Assembly: GCF_048593235.1 (NCBI RefSeq)
Contig: NC_133620.1
Location: 371,719,261-371,783,260 of the forward strand
DNA: 64,000 nt
Reading direction: 5' to 3'
Source of the DNA: Sminthopsis crassicaudata
Lineage: Eukaryota
The notes under the pieces were generated by a model that saw only the letters and a list, made by a program, of their open reading frames with translations, was not told the DNA's origin and made no database searches. Positions 37,893 to 50,690 of the stretch are shown piece after piece; the first letter of the stretch is position 1; the number at the start of each line of letters is the position of its first letter. The position numbers and the translations under genes are program-made.

Positions 37893-38359
37893 GAGAGATC
37901 ATTCACAATGGTGAGCATATTAACAATGAAAGGAATTTCATCCCTAGTATCTTGTTCCTACTAATCCCACCATCTCTCTATATTGGCTCTTTACCTCCCC
38001 AAAGTACTTTTTTAATGTATTCTTGCATTATGACAGAATACCACAGATCCAAGGGGAAGGCTAAGGGAATGCAACAGAGATGGAAGCTGAGAAGGGAAAT
38101 TTCTTTCCTAAGGGTCATAAATCAAACTGAAAGCTGAAACAGATAAAGGCATGTCTAGATTATGAGACCTCAAAGGTTATGTGGTCCAAATCATCCTCAA
38201 AGGAGGATCTGGTCTTCCACAGAACTAACAAGTGACCATTCATTCTCTATAAGACAATCTCCAGGTAGACAGGGATATAACACCCATCTTAAAGCTCTTT
38301 CCCATGCATCAATTCATTCTATTGTTCCCCATCCCTGATCCATCCCACTTATGGGGTTG

Positions 38360-38521
38360 CTAAGGACAAGGAGGTTTAGGGGGACAGTCCCGGAAGTACT
38401 CATTACAGTAGAGGCAGAGACAGGCCAGAGCGCGGACGTACTCAGTGAAATCCACCTCACAGTCCTTGTTAGTATCCATCAAGCTCAAAAAATTGTTGTA
38501 GTCACACTCCCGGAGCCGCGT
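38360..38521 (-). CDS. S100A3: S100A3 coding exon 3: TRLRECDYNNFLSLMDTNKDCEVDFTEYVRALACLCLYCNEYFRDCPPKPPCP*
   Basis: Not in the ORF track. Acceptor catttctttag, phase 0, with the Cys-rich ACLCLYC...DCP..PPC tail diagnostic of S100A3. Stop TAG at 38360-38362. Confidence 0.95.
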   Translation of the reverse strand, partial: TRLRECDYNNFLSLMDTNKDCEVDFTEYVRALACLCLYCNEYFRDCPPKPPCP

Positions 38522-38867
38522 CTAAAGAAATGTGGAAGAGAGAAAGAAGAAAGATCAATATAGGAAGAAAATCCTAGTTTTCTCACATTAGCACCATGAC
38601 ATAAAAGTAGAAGTAGAAGTATTGGATTAGATATTAAGAGAATTGGGCCCCCCAGCTTTTCCACTGAGCCCCTGGATGACCTTAGGCAAATCACTCATCA
38701 GTGTCTCTCAGCTGGATCAATGTTCTATTTCATCTACATTGTACAGAAAGACAGCATTTCATTGTCAGGAAGTTCTTTCTGTGCTCTAGTCTAGGAACAA
38801 GATATTTGTTCACCCTAAGCAGAATGTCCTCCATGTTTGAAAAATGTCCCCAGGAGCATCAGTACAT

Positions 38868-39350
38868 TGTTGGTGTGTGAGATGGGGGCTAGACTTCCTT
38901 TCCCAAATTAACTAATCAGAGGCATCTTCAGGTACAAAGAGAAAGCACTTATTTAATCTCTGCAAGGAGAGATCCAGACACACCAGGGAGCAATCACAAC
39001 ATCTGCCATGTGTTCCTGCACCTGACCGACAGGAGGTAGAACACCCGATTAAGTAGGAAAAGACCCAAGCCTTTTCAAAGGATAGACTAAAAGGATGTAA
39101 CCATCCTTTATCAATGGTCACCAAGGTTGTCTGCCTCCCACATCATTTCCTGTAACTTCCTGTTACTGCCTGCAATCCAGGGTTCAAAGCCTGGGAATAG
39201 GGATTGTGTGACTTCCTGAAACCTGAAGTCCTCTCTGGGTACAGGGATCATGTGACCCAAGCCCAGTCTCAATACTGAGAAATTCTTCATCCAATCAGTC
39301 CCATTCATTGATGGAGTTGTAAAATGATCCAAGCATTCTGGAGAACAATT
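38868..39350. mobile_element. Possible solo LTR in S100A3 intron 2
   Basis: About 480 bp bounded by TGTT...AACA with LTR-like composition. No TSD found. Confidence 0.3.
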
Positions 39351-39394
39351 TATCAACAAAACTGTGCATATCTTTGTGTCTACAACTAGGTCTG

Positions 39395-40055
39395 TATCTC
39401 AAAGAGAACATATAAGAGGGAAAAGGACCCACATGTGAAAAAATGTTTGTAGCAGCCCTTTTTGTAGTGGCAAGGAACTGGAAACTGAGTGGCTGCCCAT
39501 CAATTGGAGAATGGCTGAATAAGTTATGGTATATGCATGCTATGGAATATTATTGTTCTATAAAAAATGATGAGCAGGCTGATTTCAGAAAAGCCTGGAA
39601 AGAGTTACATGAACTGATGCTAAGCAAAACAAGCAGAACCAAGAGAACATTGTATACACAAACAAGATTATGTGATGGCCAACTGGAATGGACTTGGTTC
39701 TTCTCAATAATGTGGTGATTCAAGGCAATTGCAATAGACTTGGAATGGAAAATGCCATTCACATCCAGAGAGAGAATTATGGAAACTGAATATGGATTGA
39801 AGTATAGAATGTTTTTTCTCATGGGTTTTTTCCCTTTTGGTCTTGATTTTTCTTGTACAACATGACAAATATGGAAATATATTTAAAATAATGCACATAT
39901 TTAACCTGTAACAAATTATTTAATGTCTTGAGAAGGGAAGAGGTAAGGGAGGAAGGAAGAAAAATTTGGAACATGAAGTCTTACAAAAACAAATATTGAA
40001 AACTATCTTTATATGTATTTGGAAAATAAAATATAATAAAAATTTTTTTAAAAAG
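39395..40055 (+). mobile_element. L1 ORF2 end and 3' UTR in S100A3 intron 2
   Basis: ORF 39443-39718 reads MFVAALFVVARNWKLSGCPSIGEWLNKLWYM... Confidence 0.85.
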
Positions 40056-40888
40056 AAAAAGAAATATGGCCCAAGGAGTATGGCTAAGTCATTGGAGGCT
40101 TTAAAAATTACACTATAAATTCCCCTATACCATCATGAAGAACTGTATTTTCTGGCACTAAAAAAATATACTATGCTAAAAATTTATTTTTAAAAATATC
40201 CCTCATTCTATTCTATCATTTGTCATTATTAATTAATAATAATCTCATGTCTACATAGCACTTGAAGATTTAAAGTTCTTTCCTTACAACAGTAGTGGCA
40301 AATTCAAATAGAAATGGATTTCAAATGGCCACACATTAACTTAGAAAACCACAAATTAATACTATCTACTTTTTTTTTTACCTTGTTAATCATTCCCCAA
40401 TTACATTTCAATCTGATTTGTGCTACATTTGCTAGTTTTATGGGTTGCTTGCAGCCTTGGCTACAATTTTTATCCCTCTTCCTTAAAATATTCTCCAAAG
40501 TAATATTTCTATTTCTAAAGGATATTTCATCACAATGTACTTGTGCATCTGATAACTGTTTTCTATTCTGTATTTTGCATAAACACACATATCTATGTGT
40601 GCTAAATCATGATGAGAACTCCTGATTTTGTGGGAATTTCAGTTCAAGGATAATGAATTTTATTCCAACCTTTTTTTGAATAAATATATTAGAATGAGAT
40701 TATGCAGGTAAGTGTCAAAACTGGGCTTGGAATCTGTTTCTCCTGATTCCCAATGCCAATCTCATTTAGAAAAAAGACGATTCCTGCCCCTTTTCCCTCT
40801 TCTTGCACAAGATTTCCAGCTCAAGGAAAGATAAATCATGAGATGTAAAAGTTCACCCACATACACACAACCCTCAATTGCCTTTTAC

Positions 40889-41029
40889 CGGGGCTAGAGT
40901 GGGCAGCTCCTTCAGCAGCAACTCTTTCAGCTCACATTGGGAGAGTTTGTACTTGTCCCCTTCACGACATGCATACTCTTGGAAGGTACACACAATGGCA
41001 GCCACAGCTTGTTCCAAGGACGTCGGCAT
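40889..41029 (-). CDS. S100A3: S100A3 coding exon 2: MPTSLEQAVAAIVCTFQEYACREGDKYKLSQCELKELLLKELPTLAP
   Basis: Not in the ORF track. ATG at 41029-41027, acceptor at 41035-41036, donor GTAAAA after 40889. LEQAVAAIVCTFQEYA is diagnostic. Joined protein is 100 aa. Confidence 0.95.
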
Positions 41030-41251
41030 AGTCACTTGGGGAAAGAGGACATAATTATTCTACAACTAGAACATATGAATGCATATCATATCATGGGATA
41101 CAGCAAACATTTATTAAACACAAATAGTATGCTAAGGCATTGAAGAAAGTATCCAATGTAGATAAGACAGTTCCTGTAATCATGAAGTTTACCATTTAGA
41201 AAGGGGATAAAAACATTAATACCGACTCTTAAAACATAAATACAATCTATA

Positions 41252-41527
41252 TGGGAAATGAATGTAAACTGTTATTTCTAACTTCTGAATCCAATTCTTC
41301 CTGTGCAACAAAAAATTCGGTTCTACACACATATATTGTATCTAAATTATACTGTAATATATTTAACATATATAAGACTGCTTGCCATCTGGGGGAGGGG
41401 GTTGGGGGAGGAAGGGAAAAAATCTGAATAGAAGTAAGTGCAAGGGATAATGTTGTAAAAAATTACCCATGCATATGTACTGTCAAAAAATGTTATAATT
41501 ATAAAATAAAATAAAAAATTAAAAAAA
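41252..41527 (+). mobile_element. Short L1 3' end with 14-bp TSD, about 220 bp upstream of S100A3 exon 2
   Basis: TSD aaatacaatctata at 41238-41251 and 41528-41541. Same 3' UTR type as the L1 at 12946. Confidence 0.85.
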
Positions 41528-42098
41528 AAATACAATCTATAATACACTATGTTTCCTAAATACATTAGAAAATTAGATAACACATGCTATGTTCATTTTT
41601 TCTTCTTTTTTCTCTCATAGTTTTTGTTCTGATTTTCTCTCCCAACATGATTCATAAAGAAATGTGTACAAAAAAATTAATGTATAACCAGAAAAAAGAA
41701 AATAATAAAGGGGGGAGGGAATGTAAAAAATGTAAAAATATAAAAAAAAAAGTTTCCTCCTACAAAACTATAACCCCTAAAAGGGAACATATAAAATCTT
41801 AACCATCTCTCCATCTCCCCTAGAAGCAGATAGCTATGATAGAGTCAAGGACAAGGGAAGTCCCCTTGAGCTTCTCCTTTCTATATACCCCCTCAGTCTC
41901 TACTTTCTCCCATTCAGTCCCTCATTCTCCTAATGAATCCCTAATGTTTACTCTCTCTCTTTGGTTTGCCCTCCCTCCCCATCCAAATTTCTTTAAAACC
42001 ACCACTTAAAATACTTCCATGCAATCTTCCTTAGCATGACAAGATGGAAAAGAACACTGATTTTGGAGTCACAACCTGGGTTTAAATCTTGCCTTTAG

Positions 42099-42420
42099 GG
42101 GTGCCTAGATGGCATCTAGATGGCATAGTAGATAGTGTACTAATCCTGCAGTCAGCAGGATCTGAGTTCAAATCCAACTTTAGACACTTAACACTTACTC
42201 TGGGCAAGTCACTTAACCCCAATTGCCTCACCTAATAAATACATCTTGCCTCTATCATTTACTACCTATATAACCTACATATCAAGTCACTTAACCTCTT
42301 AACCATTCAGCTAGGAGGTACAGTGGATAGAGCACTTGAGGACCTGAGTTCAAATATGAACCCAGATATTTACTTGCTGTGTGATCCTGGGCAAGTCACT
42401 TAACACCAATTTCCTGGGAG
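42099..42420 (+). mobile_element. WSINE1/MAR-type SINE cluster
   Basis: Reads ...gatctgagttcaaatccaactttagacacttaacact...gggcaagtcacttaaccccaattgcctca, with a second copy at about 42310-42415. Confidence 0.7.
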
Positions 42421-43809
42421 GAGGAAATGTAATTGGGAAATATTTAACAAAATAAATAAGAATATAATAAGACAAAAATAATCTTAACAGAAAATTTTCT
42501 AGTTAATATGTGGCCCATAGAGATCCTTAATGGTGGGTGTATTAACTTTTCCCATTTCTAGTTGAAAATGACCCTGCTATGCTGGATGACAGGACTGGGT
42601 TCCAATAAGATCCTGGCAGACTGACAGTTTGGTTGGTTGGAGGGTTTCAGGCAGAAGTCATATGACTATTGAAGATCAGAGAGTCAGAACTGAAAGGAAG
42701 TTAATCAAATTCTTATCTTGGGTGATAGTAGCCTTCTACAACTCTGCTCTGCTAGATGTGCTACTATGGTCCCTTCCAGATCAGTTTTAATGATTCTGTG
42801 ATCTCTTTTCTTGTATCTTTAGAGTCTGTTCTCTATCAAAATTGTCCTGCCTATCCCCATGGCCCTAACACTTATAAAGGAGTTTGGCTCATAGTTTTGG
42901 GGCACTCCATTAGAGACCTTAACCTTTTTGTTATTCAGTCATGTCTGACTCTTTGTAACCCATTTGAGGTTTTCTTGGCAAAGATTTTTTTAAAAGTGGT
43001 TTGTTATTTACTTCTCCAGCTCATTTTAAGATAAGAAAACTGAGACAGACAAGATTAAGTGACTAGTCCAGGCTCACACAACAAGTAAGTGTCTGAGATA
43101 AGATTTGAACTTGCAAAAATGACCTCCGTACCCCAAGGTCCTACCTCCCCAACTCTGGCAGTTTTCACCTAGTGAAAACCCATCTCAATAGGAGCCCTAC
43201 AACATCCATCTCCCTAGGGACTCCCTGAAAAGAAAAGAGATGTTCAAAGTGGGACACTGGAGGTATTGAATCCCATTAGTGTTTTCACCCTTGGGTCCTT
43301 GGATTGAGGAAGGAATGAGGAAGATTTAGAAATGCTGAGTATTCCCAAAGTCTGCTCTCCTTCCTCAGTGCTCTCTTTCCAGCCTCATGAAAGCTGGATA
43401 ATGCTGTGAAAAGATTCTCCTACAGAGCTGCTGGAGATTAGTTTCTAGTCCTCTTCCCATTGCTCTCTTGGACAATGGGTCTCAGCTGCCTCATCTGTAA
43501 AATATGAATAATGACATTTTACCTGCCTGAATACAGGATATTTAAATAGATCTTCAAAGGTCCCTTCTAGTGCTAAGACTTCAGAATCTATACCAAGTAG
43601 GGAAACTATCTTTCTGACTTGAGCTACTTTGAGAGTATCTTGGGAGATGGGTTCCTGTATGGGGCCACCCTTCCCTGCCCATATTAAGGGATAGCTACCC
43701 AACTGGGAAATCCTTTGGGGAACAACCATTTTACCAATCCCATGCCAGGAAACCCCAAAGCTAGCTAGGAAAGTAGTAGTCATTTCCATTCGTGCAAAAT
43801 GACTCATAA

Positions 43810-43961
43810 CCTGCTCCCTAAGGGAGAGAGACAGTTCTCTGACAAACAGCCTAGCACCATAAGCTTTTCTCTCCCCTGATCTGGCCCATTCACAGACTTC
43901 TGCAGAGGGACCTCTAATGAGGCAGTAGCCATGAGCAGGATGGGAAGAGGGGCTTTCTATA
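43810..43961 (-). promoter_or_regulatory. Candidate S100A3 promoter and first exon
   Basis: TATA-like TATAGAAA at 43961-43954, donor-like GCAG|GTTATG near 43811 and an AP-1 motif TGACTCA at 43800-43806. An alternative donor GCCA|GTGAGT near 45227 could not be excluded. Confidence 0.3.
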
Positions 43962-46900
43962 ACTTTTTACTGTTGCCAGAAGATGCAGGATTTCCTAGAA
44001 CCTAGAGGAAAGTTGGAGGGGAAAGGGAAGTTGAGCCTCAGGGATCTTTTGGACCAGCCCTATACCCTTCAGCCAACCTCTTCAGGCTCTAGCAGGGAGT
44101 CCACAGATCTGTCTCAACCCATCCCGGAACTCTCCCTAATTGAACAGGGAAAGAGAGGGAGAGGATTTATCTAAAAGCAGAAACTTACTCTTGGCATTGA
44201 GCCAATATTATTTCACAACTATCTTCACTATGCCTTCAGATATGGAGTATGGTCAATAAGTATTAATTCTTTGCTATGAACCAGGCAGTCTGAAAGGTAA
44301 TATGCCACAATGGGCAGAGTACCAGTCTTCAAGCCAGAAAGACTTGAGTTCAATACCTATCTCAGATACATCCTGGCTGTATGACCTTGAATAAATCATT
44401 TAACATTTCAGTGTTAAAGGCATCTCTCCAAGACTAGAAGATTCATCTCTTAAGTCACTGAAATCACATATTCAGTCCCAGTCCCCATCTTTATCCCTTT
44501 TCCAGCCTCTGAGAATACAAAGACAAAACCCAAAACATTTCTTAATCTCAAAGGGCTTATTTCCTACCAGGGAAGCCTAGAGAAGTTGTTTTCTGAGACC
44601 ATCCCTCCCATATCCCCAACACCTTTTCCAAGTTTGTCCCCACTAGAGCAATTAATTGCTCTGCCTCTCCACCCCATCACTCAACAAAATCCCTTGTCCA
44701 CCATTAAAGTGGAGTAGTGGTATGGCAAAAGTATCCTCTACAAAGCACTTCACTTCACTCCCAACCCAGAACACTTACCACTGGGCTAGCTTCTCAGCTG
44801 TGGTAGGCAATGGATAGGGGGCATCCCTATTTGTAGGCTCCTGCCTGGGAAAGAAAGCAATTACAGGTGACCAGACTAGCAAGGATAGTGTTTAGGGACT
44901 CCCCCCAGGGGCACTTTTTATTAGAGACTCACACCTCTTCCCTGGCTACCCTCACACATCAAAGAGCTCATTCTGCCAACCTCAGCACCATCCATTCTTG
45001 GGTCATCACAGAGCATCCAAGTCTACCCACAGATCCTACTTTGCTCAGATCTCATGGAGTCATCAAGTCTGGTCACCTTCTTCCCCACATAGACACAGGC
45101 AACCAGTGACATCTCTATGGTCCTTCTCATATATGTATGTGCCCACCCATCAAGGATGGTTAAACCAACCAGGGATGGTCATAATTGAAGATCAGCTCCA
45201 TGGAAATCCATGAGACCCACACTCACTGGCCAACTTCCACCCCATGATCAGCAAATCTCATGCAGAGGCATACATCCCATTAGAAAATAAATTTCTGAAG
45301 TACCAGGTTTGGAGTGGGGATAGTAGTGACTTTTGATTTCTTTTATTTAGCTTAGCATGGTCCCTGACACATAGTGAGTGCTTAATAAATGTTCATTGAT
45401 GGAATACAGGTATACTGGGGCACCCTGGGAGAGCATTCCTATGACCTCACGCCAATCTTACTCCCCAGTCTCATTAGCCAGAGAGAATCTTTCCCATTTT
45501 ACAGAAGAAACTGCAATCCAAAGTGGGACAGAAAGTTGATTGCCCAAGACTTTCCTGCAAAGTGTAGGAGGAAAAAGAGAGCTGGGGGAGAATCTAGAGT
45601 CCCACAACTCTAAGGAAGCTCTAATCCTAGAGGAGCCAGACGAGCTAATGATACCTTGACCTCATCCACAGCCCCCAGGCCCCAAACCCTTCTCTGTGTC
45701 ATCTTCTCCTTGAAGCTAAAACCACCCCGGAAATAGTAGAAGGAGGGGCAGAGAAGAGAAAGGGAACAGCTGATTATCCCTATTTTATTGCCTAGGAAAC
45801 ATTGGGAGAAAGGGGGGGAGAGAGACGGGAAATACGCAGCAAAAAAGGGAGTCACACTAACTCAATTCTAGATCAAGGTTTATTCAGTTCCAAGTAACCC
45901 TGGTTCTGACATTATATTGTTCATCAGCCTCAAACAGTTGCTTTTTAACTCAGTTCCTTCATTAAAAAGTGAGTATTATATAGATATAGATATGTATGTA
46001 TATAAATATGTACACACACATGAATGTATGTACATATACACATGCATATCTATACATATCCATTTATATAAACATAAACATTTGCTTATTTACACATACA
46101 TAATATTCACATGCACGTATATGCATAGACTTATACATATGACCCTCACAGGGATTAAGTCAGAGTGAAATAAGTGAAAGGGTGGAAAAAAAAAAAAAAA
46201 ACTTTTGGAAAATCAAGAATGGCATAAATCAGGAGGAATACTTTTCAGTAAAAAGTTTCACAAACTGTAAGAACATCAATGGTGTCGACTTCCCTTCTGC
46301 TCCCCCCCCCACTTCTCAGTTAAACATTCCAAGATACAGTTCTACCTCTATACACCAGGTTTTTGGGGGAAAGAGAACCATAGTTCATAAGGAAGTTCTA
46401 AGAGGCAAGACTATAGTTCTGTACAGTGGTTTCCTTTAATACAATTTCCCAGTCTGGGGTGTTTGCACTGCTCACAAGATATGGCAGGTTAATTAAGAAA
46501 GTATAAGAAATAAGTGGCAAATGATAATATTAACAAATTGAGATATTCTAAAACAATAGGAAAAAAAGTATGGATTATAGAGAGAAGAGTGAGGAGAGGG
46601 GATTAGGATAGGAAAAATAGACAACACATTTGAAAATTTTGAAAAAGTTAAAGGAATAATTCCTTCTAACTAAATTGAAATGAAAGAGTATACAAAATCT
46701 TTTTCATAGTGACTTGGGGGAAAAAAATTCAGCAACAATAGCCCTGTGAAAGATAAACTAATTGATCTCTGAAATAACTAGCAAGTTCAAATTCCCAATC
46801 AATGAAGTTACATTTTTGGTTTACCTTTGGGAAAACATAGTTCCTTCTTACTAGATGGTCACAATTTATTCATAAAAATCTACTTAGCAAATTAAGATTC

Positions 46901-47889
46901 TTACTCAAATCCAAAGCAAGAAACCAGAGGCTGAACATGGTATGTAAGTATCATCTTCAAAAAATAAACTATAAATAAAGCTGTGAGTTGACAAGAAACA
47001 AAAATTGAAAGTCTTATTAGTTTAACTGAAGAACATTTAGTAAATTTACAATCCTAAAAATATTGCTATGTATGGAATAAGATTTGCTTTATTGGGGAAA
47101 AATATTCTTATGTTTAGAAGAATTCACATTGGATTACTTGCTCTCTAGGGGAAGGGCAAGGTGGGGAGAGAGAGAAAAAAATTTTGAAACACAAGGTTTT
47201 ACAAGGATGAATGTTTAAAACTATCTTTGCATGTATTTTGAAAAATAAAAATCTATTACTATAAAAATATTTTGAAAAAAAATTTTTAATATTATTCTCT
47301 TTGATTTCTTATATGCATGTGCATGATGAATTCAGGAATTTATTTCCTTTTGCATTGAATGTGGAGGTAAGGTACAAACTTACTTACTGAAAGCAAACTT
47401 ATCTCCCAAACTTACTTGCTTACTGAAAGTAAAGGGATACTCTTTGGGCCAAACCTCTGTCTTCTATGAATGAAAGAGGTAGCCCTTCTCTACTTCCAGC
47501 AGCCTCAATCCCACAAACTACTCCAGAAAACTACCTTTTTCCTTTCACTACTGGGAAGACAGAAAACAGAAGACAAGATTGAGAAGGAAAGCTGGTGATA
47601 GACAGAAGATATGAAATTAATGTTACCCAGTAAGTGACTAACTTAGACAATTCTCTTCTCTTGGCCAGAGGACTAAAGAGACTTTTTCTAGACTTCCAAC
47701 TCTAAGAAACTCTCCTCCCAACCTCTGGGTTAGGTAGCAAGTACAATTAACTCAGGGCTAAGTCCATTTAATTCATTTTAACAATTATTTATTAATAACT
47801 TACTATGTACAACTTAAATGCCTATATTTGTTGACTCAGATATTCCACTACTAACTAGGTCATTGATAAGAAGTCACCATATACAATAA

Positions 47890-48490
47890 AATATTTAAAG
47901 CAATATTTTTTTTTGTGGCAGTAAAGAATTAGAAACAAAATATATGCTCATTGATTGGGGAATGGCTGAATAAATTGAATGTAATGAAATATTATTATAC
48001 TATAAGAACTGATGGATGTGATAAAGACAAACAAGAATGGAAAGATTTACATGAATTGCTGCTGAGTGAAATAAGGAAAGTCAAGAAAACAATATACATG
48101 ATAACGGGAACAATGTCAATGGAAAGAATAACTGCAAAAAAAAGAGGGGGAGGGAAATTACAAATTTACAAAATTACACAGAATAAGAATGGCTCAAAAG
48201 AGAAATGATTAGACATTCCCCCTTCCCAACCTCCTTGCAGAGGTGAATGGTCCATGAAGGTGGTACATAGAACATATTTTCAGACTTTTCTTGATTTACT
48301 GATCATTTTTGCTGATATTTTCCTCTTTTTTCTTTTGATTTTTAAAAATATTATTTGTCATATACAATGGCTATGGGGGAAAATAATGGAGGAAATTGTA
48401 TTGATTGAATTTAAAAATTAAATTTAATTAATTAAATTAAAACTTATTTTAAAATGTTATTTAAAAATAAAATATTAAAAAATAAAAATA
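47890..48490 (+). mobile_element. Old L1 3' fragment
   Basis: ORF 47951-48208 reads IGEWLNKL...WKDLHELLLSEIRKVKK. Confidence 0.7.
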
Positions 48491-49219
48491 ATGATTTTTT
48501 AAATAGCTTACTATGTGCTAGATATTATGCTAGGCAGAGGGGTTATAAGAACAAAAAAATGGTCACTCAACAAAAATATTGATTTCTTCAACTTCTTTAT
48601 CTGGTGACTAACATGGATATAAAGACTGAGAGAGGCCCACACTCAAAGCTAACCTCTAACCCCTTCACTTGTTCTTCTTCTACATTCTAGTAGGGGGGAA
48701 CAACATGTACTCAGAGAAGTGCAAGGTAATTTTCAAGGGTAGTGGATGAGCATAAGAAACCAGGGGAAAGTCACCTTTTATAGGAAGCAGTACTTAGATT
48801 GTGCAGACCCAAAAGTCTTATAACCACCTCCTTTTGGAAGAGAGATTCAAAGACTTATGATATCATTGCAGGAAAGTTTAGAGGAGGAAAACCTTTCTTA
48901 GACCTGCTTGCAGAGCAGTAGCCAGTTTTGGAAATTGTCTGGGGAGTCTAGGATGGTAAGTGATTTCTTCTGTGCCATATAATTGGTAAGTGTTAAAAGA
49001 ACTACGACCCATATCTCCTGGCTCTAAGGCCAGTTCTCAATCTGCTACTCTTTCTTATACCATTTTTTACCTTTGAGAATAACCACTCACTACACTTAAA
49101 CCAAGTCCTCTCTGATCAATGTATCTGTATGGAATATAACATTAAGACTGCTTTCCAAAAATTCATTCTCCTTAGAAACTAGAACAAGTTTTACTGACTC
49201 CAGAGGGGCAAGGAAAGAA

Positions 49220-49351
49220 TCAGTTCCACCAAAGGATGGCCAGACTCCCTTCATACAAAGTCAGCTTCATGTCCAGATACTCAAAGTAGTCAATGTCTTT
49301 CTCCTGTCTCATCTAAATCCAAGAGCAGCAACCGGTATAGTTGACCTTACT
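49220..49351 (-). pseudogene. Possible decayed S100-like EF-hand exon
   Basis: Long polypyrimidine tract plus AG, then ..RLLLLDLDE[2-nt frameshift]KDIDYFEYL. No partner exon found. Confidence 0.3.
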
Positions 49352-50554
49352 AGGAGAGGGAGAAGGAAGGAGAGAAGGAAGGATGATATATGAAAGAGAA
49401 GAGGAATTAGCACTTTAAGAAGGCTGGATCAAATTAAGTAACACATCATCACTACACACACACACAAGTAGAGCCTTGGGGTGGAAGACTGGCCTTGAAA
49501 AAGAAAAGAAATATCTTTCTACATGTGACTCATTGGAGAGAAGTCAACTATTCATCTGCCACTGAGTAGAAGAAAAAAAGAATCTAGGAACAGGGAGAAG
49601 GGTCCTACAATCATGTACAATGGAGTCTAATCTATAGAGAAAAGGATTAATGGTAGAGTTATAAAAATGGAGTATAGGAAAGGAGGAAGAGGAGTAGGAG
49701 AAAAGAGGATAATTTAGCCTTAATCTGCTTCAAAGTAAAGGACTTCTTAGAGTAAAGGCCTACTTATACCTCAGGAACATAATTATGAACTCCAAATCTC
49801 GCCCTCCTGACATTGGCTCAGGTAGGGAGATTCCACCCATCCTCTCACCACTATACCTAAACCTCTGCCTTCTCAGTTCCTCCCCATTATGTCTATAGAC
49901 CTTTCCTCTCCCCAGTGCATCTCAATATTTCTCTGCCACCCACATATTCCCATTCTTTTCCCCAGTAGTCTCTCCCATACTTGTTCACCCACATCTCTAC
50001 TTCTCACACTCTCCCCCCCAATATCTCCCTACTATCACTTCTTCCTCCAATAACTCACACATACCCAAACCATCTTCCTCTCTCCTCTATCAAATAAAAT
50101 ATATTTTTGAGGACCTCTCTCAATAGGAAATCCTCACCCTGTCTTTTCTTATTCTATTCACTATAATTGAAGATTATCCATATAAAAAAGACATATCATA
50201 CATAAGAGTGCTCAAGAAAACACATGTAGCCATGAAAGATGTCCTAGAATGAGCCTCCCTCTTCTACCAAGATCCAAGGGGTAACTCATGGAAGTGCATT
50301 AGGATCATAGACTAGCTGGAGGTCACCTCATCCAAGCCCCTAATTTTATACATGTGAAAAATGAGATCAGAGAGTTTCCCCAAAGGCACAACATTTGCCC
50401 AAAGCCATAGAAGAAAAAGAGGAAGAATTAGAATTTCAACTCGATTCTCTGATTCCATTTTCAACATTTGCTCTATTATAACACATTGCCTCTGACTTAC
50501 ATACTCCATTTGGTTCCAGAGGGCAGAATTAGAAACAATTCATTGGAAGTTACT

Positions 50555-50690
50555 GAGAAGTAGATTTAGTTGTCCAAAGTGGAATGGGCTGCCTTGGGAG
50601 GGAATGGGTTCTCCCTCACTAATGTCTTCAAGTAAAGCCTGGTTGATCCATTTATCAAGTATGTTGTAGAGAGGATTTTCAGCCAGTAGA
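50555..50690 (+). mobile_element. CR1/L3- or MIR3-like ancient repeat fragment
   Basis: ggaatgggctgccttgggagggaatgggttctccctcact; related pieces at about 57935-58090 (reverse) and 62790-62945. Confidence 0.5.
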
